Positions 43,007 to 53,829 of a DNA stretch of 64,000 nucleotides are shown here, piece after piece (within the stretch, counting starts at the first letter, position 1; every line of letters begins with the position of its first letter). Position numbers and translations under genes: made by a program. Origin of the DNA: an uncultured Chloroflexia bacterium (lineage in GTDB: Bacteria; Chloroflexota; Limnocylindria; Limnocylindrales; CSP1-4). Location of the stretch: positions 224,001-288,000 of the forward strand of contig CAWEYL010000001.1 in the NCBI GenBank assembly GCA_963813335.1, in the 5' to 3' direction. The notes under the pieces were generated by a model, which saw only the letters and a program-made list of their open reading frames with translations, was not told the DNA's origin and did no database searches.

Positions 43007-44450
43007 AGACTTCCGTCGCCTTCCGATGTGTGGCTGAGAGTTTGGCCCACCTTGGGCTCTCGGCGGGCACGCGACCACCAATCCCTGCATCACGACTTGG
43101 TGATGGTGTAGACGCTCCGACGGCTAGCCAGCCGGAATGAGCCTCCTCGATACCGGCAGAATCATCGCGTCGGGACGAAGGAGCTTTTGTCCGAGGTCGC
43201 CGCGGAGTACGGTCGAGAAGTCGGATGCTGACCCGGCCGCGCGGGACATGATCCGATGGATCCGTCGCAGCCCAAGCAGCCATGGAGGCGAGCGTGAAGT
43301 GGCCGTTCGGTAGAGGAAAGAAAGACAAATCCGCGCCAGGACCCCAGTGGCTGCAGGGCGACGCGGGTCAGTCAACGGACGATCTGATTGCCCTCGAGGC
43401 TGACTACCGGCTCGACTCGCTCGGCTCGGCCGTCGCGGTGGCCGACGGCAAGCGTCATGTCTACTCGATCAGCATCGGCCCCGACGGATCATCTGGCGTG
43501 GTCAGCATGGGGACCGTGATCTGCGACGCCGTGGCGTCATTCGACGCGAAGGGCATCCATCCGCTCGACGTTGACCTCGGCGGTGGTGAGAACCTCGCTG
43601 ATCCAGTTCACCAAGGACTGCCAGGACACTCCTAACGCGCGAGATGCCGTCATCTCTCCGGATGGCACGCTACTGGCCGTGCTCGTCTCCACGGCGGACG
43701 GGATTGATGGCATCGGCCGGCTCGACGCCCTCTGGGATCTCATCGTGGTCCGACGCTCCGATGGGTCGATCACCCGTCTCGCAAGTGGACTAGTCGGATG
43801 CCCGGGGCCTCGCCTGGTCGCCCGACGGGCGGTGGCTCGTCTTCGGGACCGATAGCGCCGTCCGCGGGCCTACGACGGCGCTGGTTCGGGCGGACGGATC
43901 GGACGGACCCCGCTACCTGGAGGTCGAGTCGAGGCTTACCGGCTTCGCTTGGTCGCCCGATGGCGGGGCGATCTTCGCCCTTACTGATCAGCCAGGGCCG
44001 GACGACGGGTCGCTGCTGAGGGTCCCGGTGATCATCGATGTGTCGGGGCTGGTCCGTTGATCCATCGGCGGCCTTGAGCAGACCTCGTCCTCGCCCTTCT
44101 CGGCGTCGCGATCGTGCTGAGCTCACTTGCGTTGGTGCAAACGGAGCGCCGTCTCGACCCGCGGCCCTCCACGGACGGTGCGATGGCGCAAGGACGGCCG
44201 AGGGACACCACCTCCTCATAGTGTCGCGCCGGATAAGCGGTAGATGAGCGTCGCCGACTTGCCTCGCTCCGGCCTCGGCTCCGCGTTCCGGCCGGCGATC
44301 GCGCGCGAGATCTTCCGGTCCGGGCCGCCCCACGAGGTACCGTCCCGCCCCGTCCCACGCCACCGGAGTTTCACGCGACGGCTCCGGCGTAGTAGTCAAG
44401 CGGATCGTTCGCTTTGGTGGCGATGAGTCCGCCGCTCGCCGGGCGCGCCA
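43007..44450. mobile_element. Degraded integrated element at tRNA-Arg, bounded by a 16-bp direct repeat
   Basis: CTCGCCGGGCGCGCCA at 42991-43006 and 44435-44450; interior looks less GC-rich and holds only gene fragments; no integrase seen. Confidence 0.7.
43294..43925 (+). pseudogene. Fragments of a TolB-like beta-propeller protein
   Basis: ISPDGTLLA and AWSPDGRWLVF segments spread over several frames. Confidence 0.5.
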
Positions 44451-44689
44451 TCTCCCCGTACTGACGACCACCGCGGATGTCGGCGCCCGACGCGCCGCCC
44501 GCGGGATCCAGTCCTCGACGAACCCCGTCCGCGAGGCCCCTCCAGGTGAGCCGCCGGCCCCGCTCCAGCCCGGGGCCGTCGCCGACGCCGGCGTGCAACA
44601 GGGCCCCTGTGCGTCCCTGCGGCCGGTTCTGGGCGCCCCGTGAGTCCCGGGATTCGCGCACGAAATCGTCCGTCCGCCCCGGTGGCGAC

Positions 44690-44718
44690 TTGACAGGATG
44701 GATTTAGTGCTAAATACT
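44690..44718 (+). promoter_or_regulatory. Promoter with palindromic operator upstream of the fasciclin-heliorhodopsin cassette
   Basis: TTGACA (44690-44695), 17 nt, AATACT; AT-rich inverted repeat ATTTAG-TG-CTAAAT (44702-44715) in the spacer and -10. Confidence 0.7.
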
Positions 44719-44795
44719 CGGCACATCGGGTCCCAGCACGGACCCAGCGGCATGCAGAGGGCAGGCCGCACATCTTGGAAAGGACACCGATCGAC

Positions 44796-45793
44796 ATGAA
44801 GCGTCAGCTCCTCCTCGCGGCCGTGCCGCTCGCCCTCCTCGTGGCGGCGTGCAGCAGCACGGCTTCATCGACACCCGCTCCGGCGACGCCGGCGCCGGCC
44901 ACCTCCGCTCCGGCGGAGAGCATGGCGCCGGCCGGCGACATCGTGGCGACCGCCAAGGCTGCCGGCTCGTTCGGCACCCTGCTCAAGGCCGCCACCGCCG
45001 CCGGGTTGGTCGAGACGCTGCAGGGCCCGGGCCCATTCACCGTCTTCGCCCCGACCGACGCCGCCTTCGCCGCCCTGCCCGCCGGCACGCTCGACACCCT
45101 GCTGGCCGACCCGGCCGCCCTGAAGCAGGTCCTCCTGTACCACGTGGTCTCGGGCAAGGTGACCTCCGACCAGGTCGTGAGCCTGACCTCCGCGGACTCG
45201 GTCGAGGGCGCGCCCATCGCGATCGCGGTGAAAGGACGGCAAGGTCTACTTGAATGGCTCGACGCAGGTCGTCACCCCCGACGTCCAGGCCGCGAACGGC
45301 GTCATCCACGTCATCGACCAGGTGCTGCTGCCACCGGCAGCCCAGGCCAGCCCCGTCCCGTCGGCGACCACGGCACCGGCCGGCGACATCGTCGCCACCG
45401 CCAAGGCCGCCGGCTCGTTCGGCACCCTCCTCAAGGCCGCCACCGCTGCCGGATTGGTCGAGACGCTGCAGGGCCCCGGCCCGTTCACGGTCTTCGCCCC
45501 GACTGACGACGCGTTCGCGGCGCTGCCGGCCGGCACGCTCGACAAGCTCCTCGCCGACCCTGCGGCCCTCAAGCAGGTCCTGCTGTACCACGTCGTGTCC
45601 GGCGCGGTCACGGCGGACCAGGTCGTCGGGCTGACGTCGGCGACCTCCGTCGAAGGGGCGCCCATCGCGATCACGCGTCAAGGACGGCAAGGTGTACCTC
45701 AACGACGCCGCCGAGGTCGTGACCACGGATATCGCGGCCACCAACGGCGTCATCCACGTCATCGACCACGTCATCCTGCCGCCGTCAAACTGA
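44796..45793 (+). CDS. Lipoprotein with two tandem fasciclin (FAS1) domains (frame breaks near 45231 and 45676)
   Basis: Lipobox LVAAC; [23 protein letters not shown] each present twice; GGAAAGGA RBS. Confidence 0.9.
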
Positions 45794-45816
45794 CGGTCGG
45801 TCCTCCTCCTCCCTAC

Positions 45817-45859
45817 GGGGGACGGTGCCGGACCTCCGGCACCGTCCTCCGTTCTCTCT
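45817..45859 (+). terminator. Strong hairpin between the fasciclin and heliorhodopsin genes
   Basis: GGGGGACGGTGCCGG-ACCT-CCGGCACCGTCCTCC followed by a weak pyrimidine tract. Confidence 0.55.
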
Positions 45860-45877
45860 GTCTGATTGAGGGATCCC

Positions 45878-46672
45878 ATGCACGCGACCCAGGCCATGAA
45901 CCCGAACGCCGGCGCCGTCTCGACGCCAACCTCCTTCGCTCGCCCGCTTCGACGCTGGAACATCGCGCTCGGCGCGCTGCATGCCCTCCAGGCGATCGCG
46001 ATCCTCGCGCTGGCGACCGCCTTCACGCTACCGGTGACCGGAAGCTTCCTGGCCGGTCCCCCAGGCACGCCGCCCGCCGCGCCCGCGACGCTGTTCGAGC
46101 TCCCGATCGCATCGGGGGTCGCGCTCTTCCTCCTGCTGTCCGCGGGGTTCCACGCGCTCGTCTCGCTGCCGCGCGTCTCCGACCGGTACCTGGCCGGCCT
46201 TGTGAGCGAACACAACTTCTACCGGTGGGCGGAGTACTCGCTGTCCTCGTCCGTGATGGTCGTGCTCATCGCGATGCTGACGGGCATCAGCGACGTCGCG
46301 GCACTGATCGCCATCTTCGCGGCGAACGCGGCCATGATCTTCTTCGGCGCCGTCCAGGAGCGCTACGAGTCGCCGGGCGGCTCGCTCTGGCCGTTCTGGC
46401 TGGGCTGCGTGATCGGTATCGCGCCGTGGCTGGCGATCGGGGTGTACCTATGGTCGCCGGGCAGCAGCGCGGAGCCGCCCGCGTTCGTCTATGCGATCTT
46501 CGGTTCGCTCTTCGTCTTCTTCAACGTGTTCGCGCTCAACATGTGGCTGCAATACCGGCGAGTCGGACGCTGGCGTTCGTATCTCTTCGGAGAGAAGGCC
46601 TACATGGTCCTGAGCCTGGTGGCGAAGTCGCTCCTCGCCTGGCAGGTGTTCGCCGGCACGCTCGCCGGATGA
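45878..46672 (+). CDS. heR: Heliorhodopsin
   Basis: Seven TM helices; N...G.LH..Q in TM1, FH in TM2, [12 protein letters not shown] in TM3 (counterion Glu), [11 protein letters not shown] in TM7 (retinal Lys). Confidence 0.95.
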   Translation: MHATQAMNPNAGAVSTPTSFARPLRRWNIALGALHALQAIAILALATAFTLPVTGSFLAGPPGTPPAAPATLFELPIASGVALFLLLSAGFHALVSLPRVSDRYLAGLVSEHNFYRWAEYSLSSSVMVVLIAMLTGISDVAALIAIFAANAAMIFFGAVQERYESPGGSLWPFWLGCVIGIAPWLAIGVYLWSPGSSAEPPAFVYAIFGSLFVFFNVFALNMWLQYRRVGRWRSYLFGEKAYMVLSLVAKSLLAWQVFAGTLAG

Positions 46673-46718
46673 TGGGCGTCTGCCGGCCGTGGCAGGATGC
46701 CCGGATGGGACGCACCCG

Positions 46719-47591
46719 GTGAGCGACGACGGCTCGGGCCTGCTGACGCTGCATGAGGCAGCCGATCGGCTCGGCGTCCACTACATGACGGTCTACCGGC
46801 GCGTTCGACTCGGCATGCTGCCGGCTCGGAAGGTCGGCGGTACGTGGCGCATCGACCCGGTCGACCTGACCGAGCCGCGGTCAGGCTCCGTCGACTCGAA
46901 GGCTCGTGGGACGGGACCGTCGCAGCCGCTCCGTGACGGCAAGCCGCGACGCGCTCCGTGGCCCGGGCGACTCCGCGAGCGGATGCTCGCCGGTGACGCC
47001 GCCGGGAGCTGGCAGGTCGTCGAGGCAGCCATGGCGTCGGGTGTCGAGCCTGCTGACGTCTACGTCGAGATCCTGACACCCGCCCTCCACGCGATCGGCG
47101 CGGGTTGGGAGGCAGGAAGGATCCCGATCGAACGCGAGCACCTCGCGAGCGGCGTGGCTACCGCGATCGTCGGCCGGCTCGGGCCGCGCTTCCGCCGACG
47201 CGGTCGCCACCTCGGGAGCGTGATCGTCGCGATGCCGGCCGGTGAGCGCCACGGCCTCGGCGTCGCGATGCTGGCGGACATCGTGGCGCAGGCCGGCTAC
47301 GACGTCCTCAATATCGGGGCGGATACCCCGCCCGCGTCGCTGGCGTCCGCCATCAGGTCCCGCGATGACCTCCGGGCGGTGGTGATCAGCGTGGTGGACG
47401 CAACCAACCTGCCGGCTGCGGCGCGACTCATCGCGGCAGCGCGGAGCGCCGACGGGAGCGTCGTGATCGTCGCGGGCGGGTTCGCCGTCCCGGATCTCGA
47501 GAGCGCGACGCGGATCGGCGCGGACGAGTGGGCAGTGGACCCGCGACGGCTTCCCGCGCTGATCGCCGAGCACGCCCGCCTGCGGGCCTGA
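46719..47591 (+). CDS. Cobalamin-binding transcriptional regulator (excisionase/MerR-like HTH + CarH/LitR-type B12 domain)
   Basis: [21 protein letters not shown]; W-x9-EH ([12 protein letters not shown]); ExHxxG (GERHGLG). Confidence 0.9.
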   Translation: MSDDGSGLLTLHEAADRLGVHYMTVYRRVRLGMLPARKVGGTWRIDPVDLTEPRSGSVDSKARGTGPSQPLRDGKPRRAPWPGRLRERMLAGDAAGSWQVVEAAMASGVEPADVYVEILTPALHAIGAGWEAGRIPIEREHLASGVATAIVGRLGPRFRRRGRHLGSVIVAMPAGERHGLGVAMLADIVAQAGYDVLNIGADTPPASLASAIRSRDDLRAVVISVVDATNLPAAARLIAAARSADGSVVIVAGGFAVPDLESATRIGADEWAVDPRRLPALIAEHARLRA

Positions 47592-47649
47592 CCACGTCGG
47601 CTGCTGGATCGCCGGGCCGCGTCCTCGCCGGGTGCGTACGATGGACGCC

Positions 47650-48030
47650 ATGTCCCTGCTCGCGCAGGCGCTCGCCTTCGTCGCAGCGCTGATCCACGTC
47701 TTCTTCTTCTACGCCGAGAGCGTGACGTTCGCCCGCCCCGAGACCTGGCGCCGCTTCGGGCTGCAGACCCAGGAACAGGCCGACGTCGTCCGGCCGATGG
47801 CCTACAACCAGGGCTTCTACAACCTGTTCCTGGCGCTGGGGATCGTCGCTGGGCTCGTGCTGGTCACCAACGGTTCCGTCGAGGCCGGGCGAGCGGTCGT
47901 CGTCTTCGCCTGTGCCTGCATGGTCGGGGCCGGGATCGTCCTCATCACGACGTCGCGGGCGATGCTCCGCGCGGCGCTGCTCCAGCTCGCCGCCCCGCTG
48001 CTCGCGATCGTCGCGACGTTCGCGCTGTAG
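47650..48030 (+). CDS. DUF1304-family membrane protein
   Basis: LIHVFFFYAES and AYNQGFYNLFLA motifs, four TM helices. Confidence 0.85.
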   Translation: MSLLAQALAFVAALIHVFFFYAESVTFARPETWRRFGLQTQEQADVVRPMAYNQGFYNLFLALGIVAGLVLVTNGSVEAGRAVVVFACACMVGAGIVLITTSRAMLRAALLQLAAPLLAIVATFAL

Positions 48031-48037
48031 GCCGACG

Positions 48038-48943
48038 ATGACCGACGACGGCACGACCGACGCGACGCGGGTCGCCTTCCTGGGCCTCGGGACGATGGGC
48101 GAGGCGATGGCCGGGAACCTGGCGAGGGCGGGCTTCGCGGTCACCGGCTGGAACCGGACGCCGGGCCGCGGAGCCGGCCTCGCCCAGGACGGCGTCGCGA
48201 TCGCCGCGTCGGCGGCCGATGCCGTCGCCGACGCCGAGCTCGTCGTCATCTGCGTGTCGGACACGCCCGATGTCGAAGCCGTGCTCTTCGGGCCGGACGG
48301 CGTCGTGGCCGGCGCCCGACCCGGCACGCTCATCATCGACTGCTCGACGATCGCGCCGTCCGGCAGCTGGGATTTCGCTGCGCGCCTGCGCGAGCGCGGC
48401 CTGGCCATGGTCGACGCCCCGGTCTCGGGCGGCAGCGAAGGCGCGCAGAAGGCGACGTTGACGATCTTCGTCGGCGGCGACGCGGAGGACGTCGAGCGCG
48501 CCCGCCCCGTTCTCGCGGCGATGGGCAAGACCATCACCCACGTCGGACCGATCGGCGCCGGTCAGGCGGTCAAGGCCGTGAACCAGGTCATCCTTGCCGG
48601 CGCCTACCTCGGGGTCGCCGAGGGCATCGTGCTCGCGATCAAGGCCGGCCTCGATGTCGAGCAGGTCGTCGGTGCGCTCGGCGGCGGTGCGGCCCAGAGC
48701 TGGGTGCTCGCCAACCGCAGCGGCCGGATGCTCGACAACGACTATCCACTCGGGTTCAAGGTCGCGCTCCACCGCAAGGACCTCGCGATCGCCCTGGACC
48801 TCGCGGGTCAACTCGGCGCGGTGCTGCCGTTGACGGCCCTCGTGGCGCAGCTCGAGACCGGGCTGATCGCCGGCGGCCATGCCGATGAGGACATGTCGGT
48901 CATCGCCCGGACCATCCGCGGACTGTCCGGCCTCGAGGGCTGA
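48038..48943 (+). CDS. NAD(P)-dependent beta-hydroxyacid dehydrogenase (HIBADH/GarR family)
   Basis: FLGLGTMG, DAPVSGG, GAGQAVKAVNQ, KDL. Confidence 0.92.
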   Translation: MTDDGTTDATRVAFLGLGTMGEAMAGNLARAGFAVTGWNRTPGRGAGLAQDGVAIAASAADAVADAELVVICVSDTPDVEAVLFGPDGVVAGARPGTLIIDCSTIAPSGSWDFAARLRERGLAMVDAPVSGGSEGAQKATLTIFVGGDAEDVERARPVLAAMGKTITHVGPIGAGQAVKAVNQVILAGAYLGVAEGIVLAIKAGLDVEQVVGALGGGAAQSWVLANRSGRMLDNDYPLGFKVALHRKDLAIALDLAGQLGAVLPLTALVAQLETGLIAGGHADEDMSVIARTIRGLSGLEG

Positions 48944-48946
48944 TCC

Positions 48947-50126
48947 TCAGTCGAGGCCGACCAGCAGCATCGGGTCGCCGAGCTTGCCGTCGTAGCGCGG
49001 GCGGAACCGCGCGGCGTTGTACATGACCGGGACGTCGACCTTGCGCGGACCCAGGGCCGGGTCGGGTAGGTGCGTATGCGCGTACTTGCCGTCCTGGATG
49101 GCGACCATGCGCCCGGTCGTCCCGGATTCGACGAGGTCCATCGCGACGTTGGCGAATGTCGTCGCCACCAGCGAGTCGACCGAGTCCGGCTCGCCGGAGC
49201 GGAGATCGTAGGTCAGCTCCGAGGCGAGCGTCTCGATGCCGGTTCGGGCCTTGATCTCGGCTGCCAGCGCCTCGCCGACGTTGGCCTTGTGCCGGTGGCC
49301 GAACATGTCGGCGTCGCCCACGTCCGACATCTGCGCTCCGTGCCAGATCGCGCCCTCGGCCGTGATGACGAAGGCGTAGCGGCTCGGGTTCGCCTGGTGA
49401 TCGGCCGCCAGGATCCCGGCCAGCGCGTCGAGGTCGTAGGGTGCCTCGGGGATGACGCAGCGGGCGGACGTCACGTACGCGGTGTACAGCGCCGAGAACC
49501 CGGCGTCGCGGCCGAAGATCCGGAACACGCCGATGCGCTCGTGGCTGCCCAGGGTCGTCCGCTGCCGGTTGATGGCCTCCTTGGCCCGGGTGATGGCCGT
49601 CGAGAACCCGATGCAGTACTCGGTCCCCTGGACGTCGTTGTCCATGGTCTTCGGGATGGCCACCAGCGGGACCCCGGCGTTGACCAGCACCTGCGAGTAG
49701 GACAGCGTGTCGTCGCCGCCGATGGTGACGAGGAGGTCGATGCCGAGGGCGCCCAGGTGGTCGAGCACCAGCGGGGTGAGGTCGTAGATCCCGTCACCGG
49801 ACGCGTAGCCGGCGCGCATGGCCGGCATCCATCCACGGCGGCAGACCGGCCTCGCGCATCTTGCGCGGGTTCGTCCGCGAGGTGTGCAGGATCGTGCCGC
49901 CGGTCCGGTCGATCGTCCGCGTGTTGTTGCGGTCGAGCTGGCGGAGATAGTCGGGGTCCGCCCCGAGCTCCGGGCGGATGTGGGTGAGGCCCTCCCAGCC
50001 GCGCCGGATCCCCATCACGTCGTAGCCGACCTCGGTCGCGCGGTAGACGACGCTCTTGATGACGGCGTTCAGACCCGGGACGTCACCGCCGCCGGTCAGG
50101 ATGCCGATGCGCTTCACCTTGGCCAC
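48947..50126 (-). CDS. pfkA: 6-phosphofructokinase, probably PPi-dependent (frame break near 49820)
   Basis: TGGGDVPGLN, GGTILHTSR, IGGDDT, PKTMDND, FGRDAG. Confidence 0.9.
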
Positions 50127-50222
50127 AGCGGCGAATCCTAGCGCGCCGCCCGCATCCCGGCCGGTTGCGGTTCGGTAGCGCCCGACGCGAACCGGCGGTG
50201 GGCGTCTGCTAGCATCGTTCTC

Positions 50223-50663
50223 ATGAACTACGAGCTGTTCATGGGCGAAGCGCTCGCGGAGGCACAGCTCGCGCGGACGCGCGGGGAGCGGCCCATCGCC
50301 GCGGTCGCCGTGGTCGACGAGGCGATGGTCGCCCGGGCCCATGACCGCGTCCAGGAGACCAACGACCCGACCGCCCACGCCGTGGTCGGCGCCCTGCGCG
50401 AAGCGGCCCGCAAGCTGGGCACGCCGAGCCTGGAGAACGTGACGATCTTCGCCACCCTCGAGCCCTGTGCGATGTGCGTCGGAGCCCTCCTCGAGAGCGA
50501 CGTCGAGGCCCTGGTGTTCGCCATGCCCAACACCCGGACCGGCGCCGCGGGGACCGTCCTGCAGCTGGCGCAGCACGAGGCGCTCGGCCGCCGGATCAAG
50601 ATCGTCAGCGGCATCCGCCGCGACGAGGCGAAGGCGCTCTTCGAGGTGTCGCCGGTCGCCTGA
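50223..50663 (+). CDS. tadA: TadA-like nucleoside deaminase homologue lacking the catalytic Glu
   Basis: GE.PIAAV, NDPTAHAV (normally HAE), TLEPCAMCVGAL, TGAAGT; position upstream of SRP RNA-dnaX matches tadA in other monoderms. Confidence 0.85.
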   Translation: MNYELFMGEALAEAQLARTRGERPIAAVAVVDEAMVARAHDRVQETNDPTAHAVVGALREAARKLGTPSLENVTIFATLEPCAMCVGALLESDVEALVFAMPNTRTGAAGTVLQLAQHEALGRRIKIVSGIRRDEAKALFEVSPVA

Positions 50664-50723
50664 GCGGCGGCCGTACCTCCGGGCCAGGCGGTCCGCCGGC
50701 AGCGGTTTGGTATCCTCTCCGGC

Positions 50724-50809
<86 letters not shown>

Positions 50810-51008
50810 CTTCCCGTCGTCCCGGCTCGGCCGATGCCGGCGTTGGCTCGTCCGCGCGCTCGCTCACGCACCTTCAGGTGCGCTCGCTCTCGTGCTCCTC
50901 ACCGCCTTGCCCTCGACCGCCCGGGTCGACGGGAGGGCACGATCACGGTCCGTTGCTCGCCGCGACATCGACCACCGCCGCGGTGGGAACATGACCGTCG
51001 AGCGCCGC

Positions 51009-51096
51009 GGAGAGGTCGCCTAGTGGACTATGGCGCCGCACTGGAAATGCGGTTCGGGGCAACCCGTCGCGGGTTCGAATCCCGCCCTCTCCGCCA
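51009..51096 (+). tRNA. tRNA-Ser(GGA)
   Basis: CCGCA-CT GGA AA-TGCGG anticodon arm; CCA. Confidence 0.95.
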
Positions 51097-51135
51097 TCTC
51101 CCCGATGTCATCGCCGCGGATCGCGGTCCGGCCCG

Positions 51136-51810
51136 ATGATCGAGATCGTCGCGCTCGAGATGGGGACCTTCACGTTCCCCGATGACGAGCCGTGGGCGGG
51201 TGAGGAGGGCGTCGCCGTGGCCTATGCCATCCGGCATCCGCAGGGCTTGCTCCTCTTCGATACGGGCTTCGGGTCCGGGGACGCCGACCTCGACGCCCGC
51301 TACCACACCGTTCCGCGGCGGCTGCCGGAGGTGCTCGCCGAGGCCGGGATCGCGGTCGGGGACATCACGGCCGTCGTGAACTGCCACCTGCACGCGGACC
51401 ACGCTGGCCAGAACGCCCAGCTGCCCGGCGTCCCGATCCACGTCCAGCCCGCCGAGTGGGAGATCGCCCACACGACGGACCACACGATCCTCGACTGGAT
51501 CGACGGGCCGGGCGTGCGTTACGAGCAGACGGCCGGCGATCACGAGGTCGCTCCCGGGATCCGGGTGATCGCGACGCCCGGCCATACGCCCGGACACCAA
51601 TCGCTGGTGCTCGAGACCGGGGAGGGGCGCACCGTCCTTACCGGCCAGGCGGTCTACTCCGTCGGCGAGTGGACGGGCGATCCCACCGCCCGCGAGGGCC
51701 GCTCGTCGGCGCGGGATCGGGATGCGTACGACCGCTCGGTCGAGCGGCTCCGGGGCCTCGCGCCGGCCCGGGTCCTCTTCGCCCACGACCGCGCGGAGTG
51801 GCGAGCCTGA
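51136..51810 (+). CDS. Metallo-beta-lactamase-fold hydrolase (AHL-lactonase-like)
   Basis: FDTG, HLHADH, TPGHTPGH, C-terminal HD. Confidence 0.88.
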   Translation: MIEIVALEMGTFTFPDDEPWAGEEGVAVAYAIRHPQGLLLFDTGFGSGDADLDARYHTVPRRLPEVLAEAGIAVGDITAVVNCHLHADHAGQNAQLPGVPIHVQPAEWEIAHTTDHTILDWIDGPGVRYEQTAGDHEVAPGIRVIATPGHTPGHQSLVLETGEGRTVLTGQAVYSVGEWTGDPTAREGRSSARDRDAYDRSVERLRGLAPARVLFAHDRAEWRA

Positions 51811-51848
51811 GGACGCGCCTCGGGCGGCAAACCGGGTATCCTTCGCGA

Positions 51849-52114
51849 GCCGTGCTAGGCGGGGAACTAGCGGTGCCCTGTACCTGCAATCCGCTCCAGC
51901 AGGGCTGAATCCCCTCCCGAGGTCTCCGTCTTCGAACGCTGCCCGACGAGCGACGTTGAGGACCGGGTCCCGCGCAGCGGCGAACCGCGAACCGTGTCAG
52001 GTCCGGAAGGAAGCAGCACTAAGCGATCATCGCCGAGTGCCGCGGAACGGCCTGGTCCGAGCCGCTCGTCATGGTGGGCACGGGGACGACCTGGTCGACG
52101 GAGGGTGCACGGCA
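51849..52114 (+). ncRNA. ffs: Large bacterial SRP RNA (with Alu domain)
   Basis: 5' GCCGTGCTAG..CGGTGCCCTGTACCTGCAATCCGCT; domain IV TCAGGTCCGGAAGGAAGCAGCA; closing GCACGGC. Confidence 0.95.
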
Positions 52115-52148
52115 CTTCGATCCAGCGCGCCCAAGATCGGAGCCGCTC

Positions 52149-53829
52149 TTGACGTCAGCCGTCCCGCACCAGGCCCTCTACCGCCGCTGGCGAGCGCAGA
52201 CGTTCGCCGAGATCGTCGGCCAGGAGGCCGTCGTCGAGACGCTGCGCAACGCCGTCCGGACGGGGCGGGTCTCGCATGCGGTCCTCTTCGTCGGGCCGCG
52301 CGGCACGGGCAAGACCTCGCTCGCGCGGATCCTGGCCAAGGCGGTCAACTGCACGGACCTGCGCGACGGCGACGCCTGCGACGTCTGCCCGTCCTGCGTC
52401 GCGATCCGCGAGGGCACGACCCTCGACCTCGTCGAGATCGACGCCGCGAGCAACCGAGGCATCGACGCGGTCCGCGACCTGCGCGAGCGCCTGCCGTATC
52501 CGCCGGGCGAGCTGAAGCGCAAGGTCTACATCCTCGACGAGGCCCATCAGATCACGAAGGACGCCTGGAACGCGCTCCTGAAGTCGCTCGAGGAGCCGCC
52601 CGACTTCGTGGTCTTCATGTTCGCCTCGACCGAGCCGTCGGGCTTCCCGCCGGCGATCCTCTCGCGCCTCCAGCGCTACGACGTGCGCCGCCTGACGATC
52701 CCCGAGATCGAAGGCAAGCTCGCGCGCATCCTCGAGGCCGACGGGCGCACCGCCGAGCCGGCCGCCCTCTCGCTCATCGCCCGCCTCGCTGCCGGCGGGA
52801 TGCGCGACGCCGAGTCGATGCTCGACCAGCTCTTGTCGGCAGCTGCCGACGACATCGATGAACGGCGGGTCCGCGACCTGCTCGGGCTCGCCGACGCCGA
52901 CACCGTCGACGCCTTCATCGACGCGCTGGTCGCTGGTGATGCCGCGACCGGCATCGCGCTGCTCGACGCGCTGGAGGAGCACGGTCGGGACACGCGGACG
53001 TTGCTCGACCAGACGATCGACGCGATCCGCGCGCGGCTCGTGGCCGACCTCGCGGCCGGCGACGCGGCGGCTGTGCCGGGCCTCGCCGATGCGGCGCGCC
53101 GCCTCGCCGCGATCGACCCGGAGCGCGCTGGCGTCGGTGGCCTCCGGCTCCAGCTCGAGCTCGCGCTGTTCACGGCACCGAACGCCGAGGGCCCGCCGGC
53201 GGCACGGGCGACCGCGCCCACCGCGGCCGCCGCACCGGCCGTCAAGCGCTCGGCACCGGCAGCCGCGGCAGCCCCGGCACCAGCCACCGAGGCCGAACCG
53301 ATCCAGGCCGAACCCGCCGCAGAGGCCGAGCCCGAACGGGTCCCGACCGTCGTGGCGCCGGAAGCCGCCGCCGCAGAGCCGACGCCCGTGATGGACCCGC
53401 CGCCGGCCAAGCTCGAACCGGTCACGTTCGTCACCGATCCCGATCCGGTGCCGGCCCCCGCCGTGGCGGCCACGGCCGTATCGGCGGAGGTCGGTCCGGA
53501 CCTGGCCCGGCTGCGCGACGGCTGGCCAGCCATCGTCGCCTCGGTCCAGCCCGCGGTCCGCGCCGTCATCAACGAATGCCGCCCGATGGGCGTCGACGGC
53601 AACGTCGTGACCCTCGGGTTCCCCGAAAGCAAGGGGTTCCTCAAGGACATCGCAGAGCGTCGACGACCTGAGCTCGAGGCCGCGATCGGCGGTCTCCTCG
53701 GTCGCGATGTCAACGTCCGCACCGTCGCCACCAACCTTGAGCTCGTCCCGCCGGCGGCCGACGACCTCGGTGGCCGAGGCACGGCGGATCTTCGCCGACG
53801 ACCTCGCCGACGTCGGCGAGGTCCGCTGA
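52149..53829 (+). CDS. dnaX: DNA polymerase III subunit gamma/tau (frame break near 53770)
   Basis: ALYRRWR.QTF, GPRGTGKTS, EIDAASN, LDEAH, NALLKSLEEPP, GGMRDA. Confidence 0.95.

Noticed and set aside
46719-46870. Excisionase-like HTH as evidence of a prophage
   Set aside because: It is fused to a B12-binding domain, so it is a regulator; no phage or integrase genes are present.
47609-47623. TCGCCGGGCCGCGTC as a second tRNA-Arg att copy closing the light cassette
   Set aside because: Only about 9 matching GC-rich bases; expected by chance.
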